Below, one piece after another: positions 12,938 to 27,229 of a DNA stretch of 64,000 bases. This DNA is from Kudoa neothunni (Eukaryota > Animalia > Cnidaria), in the NCBI GenBank assembly GCA_964304625.1, contig OZ199839.1, forward strand, positions 2,502,258 through 2,566,257. The letters are read 5' to 3'. The position numbers and the translations under genes were made by a program. Below the pieces are notes generated by a model. It did no database searches. It had not been told where the DNA came from and worked only from the letters and a program-made list of their open reading frames with translations. Each line of letters opens with the position of its first letter. Within the stretch, counting starts at the first letter, position 1.

Positions 12938-13795
12938 CAGGAACTTATGGCCTTACGTAATATTGCAATATAACATAAATTAATCAATTTCTAGAAACGT
13001 TAACTTACACTCTATAAACTTTATAACATTAGCAACTAATTAATTCAAATTGACTTTAGAAAAATTACATTATCAATAGTTTTTATACATTTTATGTGTC
13101 GTGCGTGAGGATTTTTTTCATAACTACGAAGAATATGGCTTGCGTGTCAACAGGCAGTAAGAAAATTCTAAGTCTATCCCAAAAGTTGAATTAATAAATT
13201 TTATCAACAAGCAACGAGTAAATCCACTGCTAAATTTGAAACAATGTGGAACTTAGATGTAAACCAAGATCCGCCATGAATATTATTATAAACATACAGA
13301 TTAAATGTTTTGACGTTATAACGACTTTACTGTTTCAAATTAAGAAAAACTCGCAAAGAGAGAAAATGTGGAAATTGATCTACCATTGAAAGATTGGCTT
13401 GAATTGATGAGAGAAAAAAATGAAGGATTCTCGATAAGTTTCTATCATTTAAGCTGATGAGTTCCTTATAAGTTATTAGTTATAACTTATAACTAACTTT
13501 AACTAATAACGTATAGCAATTAACACCTGCATTTACTAATTGGTTTATGGCTTTATAAAAAGATTAAACATTTCGCATAATACATTTTTTTGGATCCTCA
13601 AATTATAAATCGCATTTCATTAAAAATTTCTTCAAATATTAGACTAAATAAGTTTGCTAATTTTCCAAAATATAACTTAATTTTTTCTATTTTTATCTAT
13701 CTTTGCATGCGCCAAGTTTTGTGCCGTACGTAAATAGGACTCTTGCGTAGTGACTTTGATTTCCTCTCTGTTTAGGCGCGACCCATTAGGCACTG
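12938..13795 (+). mobile_element. MITE-A copy lacking the Tigger insertion
   Basis: TA|CAGGAACTTATGG at the left end and CGCGACCCATTAGGCACTG|TA at the right end. Interior is homologous to 1500-1605 plus 3487-3900. Confidence 0.7.
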
Positions 13796-16264
13796 TAATA
13801 GTTTACTGAAATGAATTATGGATGCCTTTTCAAGACGTATTTTAACTTGGGTGATGTATATATAACATTCCATAAAGTTGATTGAACGCAAAAGTATCTA
13901 TTTTGTTAAAGTCTACGTACAAAAACCTAATATTGGGGATTAAAGATAAATATTCCATATTTTAATCTGATTACTTTCTAGATATTTTTAGGTGAAACAG
14001 TTTTGCTGAGGGATATTTGTATGTGATCAGAATAAGAAAATTAATTGCGTTGAATGAATATAATTATTTTCAATAATAATGCCTTTTTATGATATACAGG
14101 AAACCCCAACTACTTGCGGATCACTTACCTACGATAAATTCGTGTGAATCTAAATTAAACCAGCTTATTAATTTCAGAATTGCATAATAGAAATGAGTCA
14201 AACACAACTGTGTGATTCTCCATTCAAAATCACTTTCTCCGGGTCGACTACCTCGATTAGATTGTGATTATTGCGACGAAAAATTTAATATTCACTAGAA
14301 TATACGCCTGCATCTTCATTAGAAATCAACTAAGTACGTCAACTAACAGGTTTTAAGTACAGTTAATTTTTTAGAATATTATATTTAATTATTTCTGAAT
14401 CACAAGAGGGAAGAATTAATTTATTCTGGCAAAAGTGAAAAAATTCAATGTATAAACAGCCTGCGAGTTAGAGTTGATAGTTGGCAGGATTAAAACTTTT
14501 CATTACAACACAAGCGTAAACGCCTTTTAGGATTTGAATTTACCGCGTAAAAACCTCTATCATAGCAAAACCAATATAAAACCTTTAAGGAAATATGAAT
14601 TTAGTTTCCAGGTTAAAGGGATGAGTTTGGATTTTTCACCGGGCTGAGGGGGTAGATTTAAAGAAATGGTTGAGAATCCCTGCTCTAAATGCTCCAAACT
14701 ACTTTGCGTTATTTTTACAGGAATTAATCTTAACTGTGTTCAAAGGTGTTTTTTATCGATAAGTTAAACGCATATGAAAATCGAATTTTTTAAAATAACA
14801 AATAAATGAAAAATTACTCTTATGTTAGTAGTGTTTGTCAAAAATTCTTGTTGCAAGAAATTTATGATTTTATGTTAATTTTGATTCAAATTGTTGACAG
14901 ATTTTGTACTTTGAATTCTTATATAATGTATATAAATGATTCAAGATTAGTCTAATTTTTCAGGAAAAGTTTATTTTCTGACAATAAATAATATTAAACA
15001 AAAAGTTTAAAAACAGCTCAATTATAGCAGAATTTGGGCTTTACTATTTGAATCAATATAATATTAATTAAATAATTATTACTAATTATAAATTTAAAAC
15101 TTTATTCTTATAATTAAAATGTTTTCATGAGATAGAATGTGATACATTAAAAACTTAATATCATAAAACGGTTGTGGGATAACAATATTAAAAAGTTTCA
15201 ACGATATACAATAAACAATCCTAAATAATAATATTAGCATATTTATTATTCAATGTTATAATTGTTTTTACACGAAGTTTGTAATTCATCTACACCTTAC
15301 AAAGACGTAAATTACTTTTACAAAATGTCTATTTTTTATTATATTTAAAAAAATATATTTAATTGAGAAAAAAATGCTTATTTTAATATTGTTTTCTACA
15401 AAATATTAGGATTTCACATGGCATCGTGTATATTTTAAATAGCTTTATTTAATTCACACCATAATCAATCCGTACTGTAATATTCTATGTTTAGTTGAAA
15501 ATATAACACACCTAAAAACATAAATAATAACTTTAAAGTAATTAAATTATGAAGATAAATCCGAATCTCGATGATCCTTACTTCAAGAGAGATTTTCCTT
15601 AGAAATTAAAAATTAGTTTGAAATTATTTTTCCCTATAAAATGACGAATGACTATACTAAAATAATTAATTTAAAATATTCTTTTTTAATATTTAATTAT
15701 ATTTATAAATACTAAAATTAATGCGATTTTGGATTTTATTATACAAGAATAAATCATAAGTAAATAACTTAAATAAAATAACCTTATTCAAAAGAAGAAT
15801 TAATTCAAATTAAGTAGTTATATTAAATAACTTAAAAATAAGCCAAGTTTATCTTTTTAATAAATTTTAAAATTCATTTATAATAAAATTAAAATATTAA
15901 CGATACAAAATCTTATTTAGTTTTATAAGCGTTTATTTATTCATATTTACTTTGTTGGACCCCGAAACTAACTGACAAATTAATTCGATTATATATATGC
16001 CATGCGAGTCCGATAATAAATTAGAAGACAATACCACAAATTCATAATTATAGCCTAGTATAATATCAATCGTTGAACTCAGAGAATATAAACAAACTAG
16101 TTACAACACTAGAGCAAATTCATCAATAATCACATTTACATCATAATTTGAGACTGGAGATTGAATACATTTAATGAGATCACTTCTTAAAAAAAGAAAT
16201 AACAAGAAAAAATTATAATTAATATGACAAAATGTGTGCGAGATATCAAAGTAGTATAACAATT

Positions 16265-18280
16265 TTAATCAAAGAGTTGATTAATGATTTCTTTGTTGCA
16301 TTTGATTTGGTTGTCAACGGTTTTGTAAGCTTTTAGAAATGTGTTTTCAACCAAGTTTCCATCTCTAAGGTTGCCTACCAACTCATGGTACTCGTGGATC
16401 AGTTGGAGGTCCTCTTTGAGAATGGAAATTTTTTTCTCATGCTAAATAACTTTAGAGAAATATTTCAAGCTTAAGTTGGTTACATCTGGTTTACAATCTG
16501 GGAATATATCACATAAACGAGAGTGCATATCGTCGAGTCGTTTCATGTGAGTACTTACCATGGTGTTTAACGATGCGAATTTATCATCAAAACTGTTTCT
16601 TTTGATAGATTTCAACCGGTAAGAATCCACAATTGAAACCATCTCTCTTAACAATTCAAGTTGGATTGAGCATAAATCATCAAATTCCTGAAGATATTCA
16701 AGCAGATCATCGACTTTTCCTTTGTGGTTGTTATCCTTAAATAAAATAATTAAATTAAGATAGTAATATTTAATAATTACATGTGAGCTTAGAGCTTTGG
16801 TTCGTGAGACAATCGAAACGCTGAATAGCACAACAAAAAATATGAACGAAGCATAATATGGTTTGAATAGAAGAAACAATGAGTTGTAAGAGTACACGAT
16901 TTGTATTTTTGTCTCTTGTGCAGGTATCAAATTACGAGCTTCAATTCTAAGAGTGATTCTCCCTCGCATATCCATATAATAGTAGGTGTTGTATTTGGTG
17001 ACGTTGAAATCGATAGTTCGAGGAATATCAAAACTAACCACTTGAGCACCTTCTGGTAAAATAATTTCCAAAATAAAATTGTCAATCGATACAATATCTT
17101 GACACGCCCCCAACAAATTTATATTCAACTGACGTAGAGAATCAATTTGATTGGATTGTTTTTTGATGACTTTGGTTGCAGGTCGTTTATATTTGATGGT
17201 GAATTCGGTGTTCCAACCGCCCATCAATGGAAAACGTGGTGTAACATCCATTTGTAGAAAATTTCGCGTAGCAGACAGTGTACTTGTGGATATATTGCCA
17301 ACCATATCACGGTAGTAATAATTGTAAGAGTCTTTCGGTAATCGAAAGAGGACACTGTTGATTATGTGAGAAGTTTTCGATAGGCTCGAGTCGGCAATTC
17401 TATCGCGAGAAAATTCTCCAACCAATTTGTTCGCTTGATTGTGAATAATGTGCGATTCCACAAACTCCACATCGGCATACTCGGACACATAAACCTTCCT
17501 ATGTAACAGCGAGGTGGATGTGTAACGAACAGACGTTGAAAGATGGATCCAAAATGGAATGTTGCTGAAGGGAACTTGCTTGTTGTTGATAGAATATTTC
17601 AACTCGTTTCTATTAACAACTTCTGCGCTTTTCTGCGGGGTGTAAGAAATCAATTTGCCATCTTTCAATTTGTATGTTGTTGTTTGAACCTTCACTGGGT
17701 ATATCGATAACACATTGACTGAATCTTCAAATACATACATCGGCATCACTGTGAGTTCAAGTTCTAATGGATGTGTAATCAGTCGGTTGGTACATATCAC
17801 TGTGTACACAACAGCAACACTCTCTCCACTTCTCAATGGATTCAACAGTGAAACCTCATACACTTGATAGGAGTTGATGTCTTTGGTGTCTAGATTTTGG
17901 TTGGAGAGTTGTTGAAATTGAGATTTTTTTATAGTTTCTTTTGGTGCAACACCTTCTTTGTATGAAAAAACAGCTAGATGTTTGTAGTCGGTTTGATTCA
18001 ACATAAAATACACGTTTGTCTGTGTTTTTGCACCTGTGTTGCTATAGGTTATGCGAAATGTTGAAGTTACAAGGCTGTTTTCAAATAAAACCTCTTTCTC
18101 TGCCCCTATAATTTCTACTCCTTCGAGTACTGGAGCAATCTCTTTCATACTAATAGTGTGATCTGCTCCAGGAATAGCAGTGTAAATTGAGGGCACAAAA
18201 CACATAAAACATGCCAATAAAATCATGGAACGACTAGAATTTTCGTGTAGAAGCCATAGATTAATTGAAAACGGAACCAT
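16265..18280 (-). CDS. RPN1: Ribophorin I (oligosaccharyltransferase subunit 1)
   Basis: Signal peptide, YYYRDMVGNISTS, TPRFPLMGGWNTEF, IILPEGA, YYMDMRGR, a TM helix and a coiled cytosolic tail. Two short 3' introns (16736-16780 and ~16442-16483), last exon ending ...INQLFD*. Confidence 0.93.
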
Positions 18281-20888
18281 TTATTCAAATGATTAATCTA
18301 CTATAAATCAGCACTAACAAACAAGGTTGAAAGTAAATACGCATGTGCAGAAGACAATCGTGAGTCAGCTGTTTACGTCACACTCGCACTCTTTTGCGGG
18401 TTTATCTTTAATTATATACTTTCTGAAAAATTTATTATTTCACAAAATTCTGTAATAAGATATTGATAATCTATTTTAAAAAATGATCGAATATCTATTG
18501 TTAATCCCCTCGAGTTGTTTTCTATGCTTTAATGAGAAAGTCGCACCTTTTAGAGCTCATTTGATTCTTTAAAGCTCGCAGATTACCTAATTGACCATCG
18601 TATGTAAGGAATTTTTGTAATTTTACATGTATCAATAAATGTTCTCTATTATATTCGACAATTTAAAAAATTTTTACGTTTACATTTGTTGTTTAGAAAA
18701 ATATTAACCAATCACATTGTATTGATTGTGTTGCATAATTTTTGTATGCGATACGTATACGTGTTGGATTAACAATAAAATATTCATTATTCAATATAAA
18801 AATAAATTATGTGATATTAAAATGTGAGGATTATTATAAAAATGCTTCACCATTTTAAATTTTGAGCTTAGTATGTACGGAATTTTTCGTATTTTGATTA
18901 GTTCCACGGATTTGTCATATGATATATCTAAAATAATAAGGAAAAAAGTTAAATAGCTTATTGAAATATGCGATATTTGGGAATAATAATATTGAGTATG
19001 TTAATTGATATATCTTCGGTACAAAATAATGAGTTGATCATTAAAAGATTATCTCTCAACAGTTACTAATATTTAAAATATTTGGAGATCATTTGGTAAT
19101 CAGGAAATAAAAGGCAGAGGCTATTGGGCCGATAAAATTTAATCCTAAACGGCATGCATGTACGCCTGCACAATAGAAATTTGTAAGCTCAGCAACTTTT
19201 ACTAAAAAATTTTTGACAGATATATTTCCTTAGAATATGTTTTATTTAATTATTTCTGACCCATTACTTCACCCTTAGGGGCCAGAAATGATTAAATATA
19301 GTCAAAATTAGTACTACCTGAATATTATTCACGTGTCAATAACCACTTCCGAAATAATAAGGGATTGCAGAAATGGACCAGTCGTACGTACTTTTTCCAT
19401 TAACCGCATGGTTAAAATAAGCGTTTTTTCTTTTTCTAAACCTTTTAAACAATCGCTAAGTTTTTCTAGTTACATTAACGTGACAGATGGCTAAAAAACG
19501 AAGGATAAACATAGACACGTGTTGTAGGCACGTAGTAGGTTGGTTTACAAAGGGGTTCTCCTCAATTCATAGTAGTAACATTGGCGCAATGATATCTCCC
19601 CTTAAAGATTTGGAAATGGAAGATAATTTTATTGATAAAATCCTGAACCCTTCAAAAACGGCGTTATTTTACTTAGACGAGCTAGGCAACTAGTGTAAAC
19701 ATCATGGCTCAAAGAAGCGGGAGTTACTATCTGATTCGATTTCGGATATTTTTTCAGTAATATTTAAGTTGCAGCTAGTTTTTGTGCGCGTCGTGGGAAT
19801 AAGTAGGTACAATTTCCTTATTCCCATGCGGATTACATACGACCGATCCATTACTATATTACTAAAATGTGCACATGAACCAAATCTATTTAGTGCATAA
19901 AATAGTTTTGTAATTTTTCGTTAAATAAGAAGGAGAATAAAATAGGTGTTAGAAATATCATATCAAAATGTAATCTCTGTTCTTGCCGAATGAAATAACC
20001 TTAAAAACGTAGATTATTACAATGCTTAGATAATGAATATAATTCTTATCGAAAAAGTTTCTTAATTCCGTTCGAATTTCAATATTAATCGCAAAAAGTT
20101 GTTGGAAATTTATTTTTGTTAGAATTGTCATTAAAAACATTATTTTATATATAGATTCCAGGTAAATATTTTTTGAAGATATAAAAATTAATAATGGTAT
20201 TGCTAATATTTTGAAATATGGGCATGGAATAAATATTATTTTACTAAAAATACAATGGATTTAATTATCCCATTTCGATTAATTTATTGTAAAGTACATT
20301 AATCATTAAGAAAGCTAACAACCGTTTAAGTTTAGATATATTTTTTAATTTAACACATATAACATTTTGAATTAAATATATTTTATTAAAAATTTATTCC
20401 TATTTTAGATTTTAATCGCAAAAATTAAGGCTATTTTGATAATATTATTGATGATGAGTAAATTTCAGTTTATAGCTCAAAATTACTATTTCAATGAATG
20501 TAATGACACTAAAAAATATATTATCTAATTGATTTGTCATACAAGATAAAAATCTAATTATAAAATTTTCAATTTAATTAAGTTATAATTTAAAATATTC
20601 TACTTTTAGATTATTTTATTATCATAATTTTTATATAAATTATGTCAATTATTAGGTGTTAAAAATACGTTAAACCCTTTTTCCGACTGAAAAATAATAA
20701 TTTTTATTAATGATTAGTTAATTCAAAAAATATATTTAATCCAAAGAGTTTTTTGTACGAATTAGAAACACCTAATCCTAATATGTAATTTCATTTCGAA
20801 GGTAATTTTCGAATAAACATGATATTGATTCGTCTACAAAATTTTAAATTTTAATATTTATATTTTTTATATAATTAAAATCTTCTTT

Positions 20889-20930
<42 letters not shown>
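20889..20930. repeat. (AC)n(AT)n microsatellite
   Basis: Seen directly. Confidence 0.9.
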
Positions 20931-20931
<1 letters not shown>

Positions 20932-23653
20932 AATTGATTTGTACAAGGCTACAACAACCCAATAAATCCGTGGTTTTGAGAAACAAAGACTTCAAGAGCA
21001 AAAATTCAACGATATATAGACTACGAAATTAATTATTTACTATACAATATAGATATTATCAATACGGCTTTAAACTACATATTTCAAATATAATTTTGTT
21101 CGAAGATTAATTCTATATTTAGAAACATCATGTAATTTTCAGCGAGTCGTAAACAGCACACAAATCCCTCATAGGTTAATAAAAATATGAGCATTAACCC
21201 ATGGACAATAATAGAATATAATATACGGAATAGTTCGAATAGAATAATGAAGGTAATTTATTGATTGAGGAATTTTGTTACTGATACAAATTGAAAGAAA
21301 TTTAGTATTATCTATTATAATAAAGAGTGTGAAGATTACATTTGAATGCAAAATTTAAATAAAACACACTAATTATAAAAATTAACACATATTTGATAGT
21401 TGAAAAATAAAAATAAAAGCTTTCAGTAATTCATCCATAATCAACCTATTATTTGACATAATTGAACGCCGAAATATTATTCAATATCGTAGTTCAAACG
21501 TTCTACTGAGATATGATACAGAATTGCGAATTTAATACGAAACAATTAGGACTTTTTATTCTATCAACGACAACTTATCAAACATGAAAATATATCACTC
21601 GTTAATAAAACAACAAAACATAAAACATTTGCGAAAAACCTAAATCGCGCAAGCGCTTAATAATAATAATAATCATCAAATATTTATTCAAAGTACGACA
21701 AAACTATTCTTAGATTTAAAAAAATACAATTATCAACAGTTCAAAAAAATTATCTTAAAATTCAACTCAAAATTAATTATATCAAAAGATACGAGTAAAA
21801 AATATAAGCTTGTTATTGACAAATATTCATGTAGCGAAGTATCGATCAATCAACTAAGTAGAAAAATCCGTATTCATAGCTGTAAATAATCGCAATAAAT
21901 AGAATATTTGACAGATGAGTTAGGGCTGAAATGTTAACCGAATATTTCCGAATGAAAAAACCAATCACAAATTTGTCCCATCTATACACCTGAATTGAAA
22001 TCTCAATCAGATGTGGATCGCAATAGAATCGACCAACTATTCAACAATTTTGGCGTATTCTCGATACCATAGAAGAAGAATTAACCCCAAATAAGCAATT
22101 TACGCAGGACACAAGGATTAAAATTGGCACCGAAGATCCGCGACTTAAAATACGTCTATGGTGTCCCCACTGGTGGGTCTATCTTTCAGTCTCAGCTAGA
22201 TAGTTATCAAAATAACTCTGAAACATCGAGAATAATGATGGGCAATATCATCCGAGTTATCTGGTTCACCCAGAATAATCCAGTTGGCACTTAACCTCAG
22301 GTAAAGTTCGCAGTAACCTCGGTGATACGCCACTGCTACCCCCTATCTGTATTGCTATTTCCACTGGGTGAACTTTCCAAAATCAATTGGCAGGTTACTG
22401 AGGACGGAAATAAAGATAAAGTTTTGAGATGTAACCCTTCAAACATGCGTACGCAGTCATCTCATAGGGTCCAAAATATTGAATGCGTAGGAAATATTTC
22501 AACGCGGCAATCACATTAATAACTAAATGTATCACACACCACGAAAGTGTATTCTCATCATTCAATAAATCACTTTTAGGTCGATTGAAATTTGTGGTAT
22601 TTTGACATATATCCACCACTCGCTTAAGACCAACCAACTCACATTTGATAATTAATACAACAACTCAAAATAGAATCAACCCCATTAGATATTAGCTGAA
22701 ATTGTGCAATAATAAATGGTGTTTCACTTTAAAAAGTTGGTTACAATGATACCCGACTTACATTCAACTACAGCTGGCACTTTGTATTGTTACGCCAGTT
22801 TTAGTTGTGCGATGGATGTGGATCCTCCTCTTCGCCTCGATTAATCCACATCACACTGACGCTGTTGAAATTACTAGCTGGATTAATGTTGATATTCAAC
22901 TAATCCATGTATAGAACCTCGTTATTGATCGCTAATTGATGTGGATATTGACGTGACACGATGTCGATCAATCTGGGTTGGTTTTGACGTTGGTAGATAC
23001 CGATCCATCCACCCACCAATAACAACACATATTGGTGTTGATATTATTCAACTTATAATATAATATAACAAGCTGTTGGCTTTTGGTTGATTGAATACAA
23101 TGTACACATTGTTTGGTGGGAAATTAAACACCAGCCGATGGTTGAATAAGATAGTGTGCGTAGGTGGTAGGTAGGTTTTGTGTTTTGGCACACCTCCCCA
23201 CCACCATAAATAATGTCTCATTACAACCATATTCCACAATTGTTTATTGTCATGGATGTTGTTGTGAACTGTTTTTACAACAGCTAATATTGATTATCTG
23301 CAGATTAAAGTTAATCTGCCAATGAGTTCCTTTTAATGTTTCAGCTCAATGCGTAGGCACTGTAAGCTGGTGTGTGCTTTGAAGCATATTTTTGGGATTG
23401 TGTTGGGTGGTTTTTGTGGAGGCTGCTCGTTTTCAGAGTGTGGTTACGTTGATAATCCACCACAACTCGCTATCGTATTGTCGCTCTATTCATCCAGTTG
23501 ATAATAAACTCCAAGGATTTGAATAGGCAGGTATCACCATTAATACCTACTCGATAATTTTAATACCGTTTAATTACGTATTTAATCGCTGAAATAACAC
23601 CGAGTTAACATCTGTGAAAAACATTCCTGGGCGATTCTTCCACACTATTTGGT

Positions 23654-25861
23654 ATGCTTGCACGTATGTTGAATAGTAGAAATAGAGAAGATACTATATC
23701 ACCGCTTGTCGACTCGTCGACAACCACCAACAATCTCTGTTTACCAACCACTGCTACAACTTCCACTAGCAGTAACCCAACCACCAACAGTCTTATTCAT
23801 CATTCATCAAATGATAATACCACAACCGATCAGGATCAGGATCAAGACCAGGAACAGGATCAGGACCAAGATCAGCTAGATGATGAGGAAGATGGGGCGG
23901 ATAACTTCTCACCGCCATCAAATCCAACATACAAAATTGAATCCAACCCAATTTCGTCGTTTTCTCTATCCACTTGTGATATTGCCAGCTTTGGTAGTGA
24001 TTTTTTGAGTGGTGGACAATTCTCCAACCTCTATCAATCCAACCAGTCCACAGATAAATCCGATCTAACATTGATGGATTCATCTGTCAAAATGGCAGCT
24101 TTGAAATTGAAACACCTGGAAGAATTGTTAATGAATCTCACCAACTCCCAAATCAACCATCTTGAAGTCAATATCAATAACACTAATAATATTGGCGATG
24201 AAACTCAATTGGATTTGTTTCATCTCACAAAATCTATAGTTCAGAAAATGAACTCCGACTCACCCCATCTCACCAATCATGCTCTTTTCAATGTCGATAA
24301 TGGTCATTCGTTTTTGGATCGTGATAATTCTATCAATCCACTCCAAAATTACATTCCAAATAAGGCTGTCGAGAATTGTATGCAATCCCGAAATGTGGCA
24401 CCGATTTTATGTGAATACGTTGCCGCAAAAAGTCTCTTGTCGAAAAAGTTGAAATCATCCCTGGCCAATGTAAACGCTCTCAGAAATGTCCTGTTGAAAT
24501 TGGACTCTCCCAAAAATTGTATATCCATTCCTACCAATCAAAAAATGTTGTTTGGAAACAACTATTCTCGCTTGAAGAATTCTCCTCCTGTGAATGGTTC
24601 ACCCGCCAAACTCACCACCAACGGTTGTAGTGGTTCGTCGACTGTGAGCTCCAACTCCAACTTATCAAATGAACCGACAGAATCTGTCACAAATTTTCCA
24701 AATCGTTTAAGAATGTTTGATTGCAACAGAAAACATATTATTATGACATCACTCCCTCACCAGTGTATCAGAATGTTTAACAAACAAGCACATGTCAACT
24801 CTAGAAAAGCAGCATTCCAAAAAAGGACTCATATTAACGATATTCACATCTACAAATTGTTTGATCGAATCATTGAGGATGTGCCGAATGGTGTACCGTT
24901 CAAACCGATGCATCGTGCTCGAAAACGACGCTCATTTTCCCAACTTATTTGGATGGCTGATTTTAACGACTCCACTGTAAATAACACCAACACACAGCTT
25001 TCCAATCATAACAATTCCACAAATGGCGTTATTGGAATTGAATCGTCGTACAAAACCGAAGGCGCCACCCTTAGAGCCAGATCTTGTCGTCGTGACTACA
25101 GCTCACTTTTCGATTTGAGCTCCAATGATGATGATTATGTGGGTCGTGATGATCAACATATATTGGATGACTTCGATTCTGATTCTATATCTACTGCTAA
25201 TGATGGTCGTCGTCTTTCTATGTCCAACTCTCATATCAGGCGTCTACATCATTCTTCCGCCGTCACACATGGTCCTCGCAAAAGCTATCTCTCCAGATTG
25301 GATAGCTCCCTCAATTTGAACCACCACAAATCTAATATTTCCTCCCATCTGCTGGATAACAACTCCAAAAATGGATCACTAAACAAACAACCCCAACCCA
25401 AAAGTGTCTATGATTATGTGATCCTTCCCGCCGAACTCATGCCTGTTGTGCACATTGAACCAATTGTATATAAAGAGGTTGTCACTCCGATGTGGTACAC
25501 GGTTGATGATAGTCGAATGGATTGGCTGAAAAATTGTCTCAAAAATAAACCAACTCAACCTACCACCACAAATCCATCCACCCCTACTACCAATACCAAC
25601 AAAATCGATTCAGATACACTCACCGATGATGAACACTTCAATCAAATGCACATCCAGTATGAGAACGCTGAAAAAGAAAGACTCCTCGAGAAAGCTCGTC
25701 AAGAGAGTAACTCTTCCGACCCCAGTGTGACCGCTGTTGAGACGTCTGTACCAGCTTCAATAACAACCACCCCTACCGATATTGTTTCGTGTAACCTTTC
25801 GAAAAAAGTTGTAAGGTCTAGTAATGGCCGTTTTACCAAACTGTCCACTGGAGAAAATTAA
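23654..25861 (+). CDS. KANSL1: KAT8 regulatory NSL complex subunit 1-like (PEHE domain), single long exon
   Basis: 735-aa ORF. The C-terminal YDYVILPAELMPVVHIEPIVYKEVVTPMW...TDDEHFNQMHIQYENAEKER matches the recalled KANSL1/NSL1 pattern 'NIVIP..RVEKLQYKEILTPSW..DAAFAALHAKCEEMER'. Acidic (DQ)n tract near the N-terminus. Confidence 0.7.
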   Translation: MLARMLNSRNREDTISPLVDSSTTTNNLCLPTTATTSTSSNPTTNSLIHHSSNDNTTTDQDQDQDQEQDQDQDQLDDEEDGADNFSPPSNPTYKIESNPISSFSLSTCDIASFGSDFLSGGQFSNLYQSNQSTDKSDLTLMDSSVKMAALKLKHLEELLMNLTNSQINHLEVNINNTNNIGDETQLDLFHLTKSIVQKMNSDSPHLTNHALFNVDNGHSFLDRDNSINPLQNYIPNKAVENCMQSRNVAPILCEYVAAKSLLSKKLKSSLANVNALRNVLLKLDSPKNCISIPTNQKMLFGNNYSRLKNSPPVNGSPAKLTTNGCSGSSTVSSNSNLSNEPTESVTNFPNRLRMFDCNRKHIIMTSLPHQCIRMFNKQAHVNSRKAAFQKRTHINDIHIYKLFDRIIEDVPNGVPFKPMHRARKRRSFSQLIWMADFNDSTVNNTNTQLSNHNNSTNGVIGIESSYKTEGATLRARSCRRDYSSLFDLSSNDDDYVGRDDQHILDDFDSDSISTANDGRRLSMSNSHIRRLHHSSAVTHGPRKSYLSRLDSSLNLNHHKSNISSHLLDNNSKNGSLNKQPQPKSVYDYVILPAELMPVVHIEPIVYKEVVTPMWYTVDDSRMDWLKNCLKNKPTQPTTTNPSTPTTNTNKIDSDTLTDDEHFNQMHIQYENAEKERLLEKARQESNSSDPSVTAVETSVPASITTTPTDIVSCNLSKKVVRSSNGRFTKLSTGEN

Positions 25862-26285
25862 TCCACCCCACTTTGTGTAAATTTGAAAACACTGATGATC
25901 TCCTGGCAATCAGTGATAGTCTATCTATGGACTATTTTCTCGCTCACCATAGATGACCGATCATCTTCCTTAGCTGTTAGGATACCCACAAATATGTTTC
26001 TTTTTATACATGTCTTGATTTTTATTGGTCGTTTTTTGCTGTTTCGCGATTATTCATTCTAATTGGTCATATTATTAAATGTCGTGCGATGAGTTATTAA
26101 TTGTTACATGTATTCTGTTGTTTTTGTGTATTATAGTGAAAACTATAAGTGTGTTGTTTAGTGATAAAGTTATTATTTAACGTTTGAGTCGGGATATTTA
26201 TTATGTAATTAAAAAAATAGATCGATATTTAACTTTAATTAATGACAGAGGTAGGTTATTGGCACGGTATAATTTAGTATTTAAC

Positions 26286-26456
26286 CAGCGCTTCCCAACT
26301 AAAACTGGACTCGCATCCCCATTTTTTGACAAAACGAAATTCGCACCTCTTTCTTTGCATACGGTAAGGTGTAACTGATTTAAAATTTATCAAAAATTAT
26401 TTTCAATTTTGATGAGGTCTCGCACCACCTGAGACCAACGTTTGCAGAAACCCCTG
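26286..26456 (+). mobile_element. Short hAT-type MITE (MITE-B), copy 1
   Basis: CAGCGCTTCCCAACT...AGAAACCCCTG ends resemble hAT/Charlie TIRs. Closely similar to 55136-55318. Confidence 0.6.
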
Positions 26457-27229
26457 TCCTAATCGGAATGTACGCTTGTGCACTGGAAGTTTTTAATCTC
26501 ACAATCTCTTACTTACAAGCTTTTTACAGATTTAATTTTTTAGAGTCCGCTACATTTAAATATTATTAGACTCTAAGAGCGAATCGGTGGGTCATAAATA
26601 ATTATACATAGCCAAACTAATGTTACTTGAATATCTTTAACCGTTCCAATAGCCACTTTCTTAATTGAATTATAAGATTTATGAAATTACTCGAGATATA
26701 ATAATAAATATTAGCTGTTAAATTAATTGTTAAAAATTTCAAAAAAATTAGGATGGGTGAAATGATACGACTGACCTTAATGACGCGAATAAAATTATAT
26801 TCTATTTGTAACGTGAAAATAGGATTAATTTTTACACATTTTTAAGTTATGGTTTAACAAAAAAAATGGGAATATTTTCTAAAAAAAGATTTCTTTGATT
26901 TGGATAGCCTTCGTTTTGATTAGATTTTATTATTTCTGCTTTATATACGCGAAACCATGGATCAAGAATGATCGTTGCGCACGTGTAAAATGCCACCTAG
27001 GATTAAATCGATTCGTGAATTGTTATTTAAAATGCAAGTATCGAGACCACTCGAGAATTGAAATCAGGAGACCGAGAGGATCATACGAATTTTTTGAGGG
27101 TTAGTTAAAACGTTGTACGCCCACATCCACTCACTACAGAGAAATAGGCTTTGGGTAATGATTTTAATCTCCCATTTGATTCTACGAAATACATAAGTCA
27201 CTCGATTTGAAGATGTAACTTTAAATTTA

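Noticed and set aside
19280-19900. GC-richer patch with a 68-aa ORF (MAKKRRINID...)
   Set aside because: No recognisable motif, termini or splice pattern. It is probably an old TE fragment but cannot be supported.
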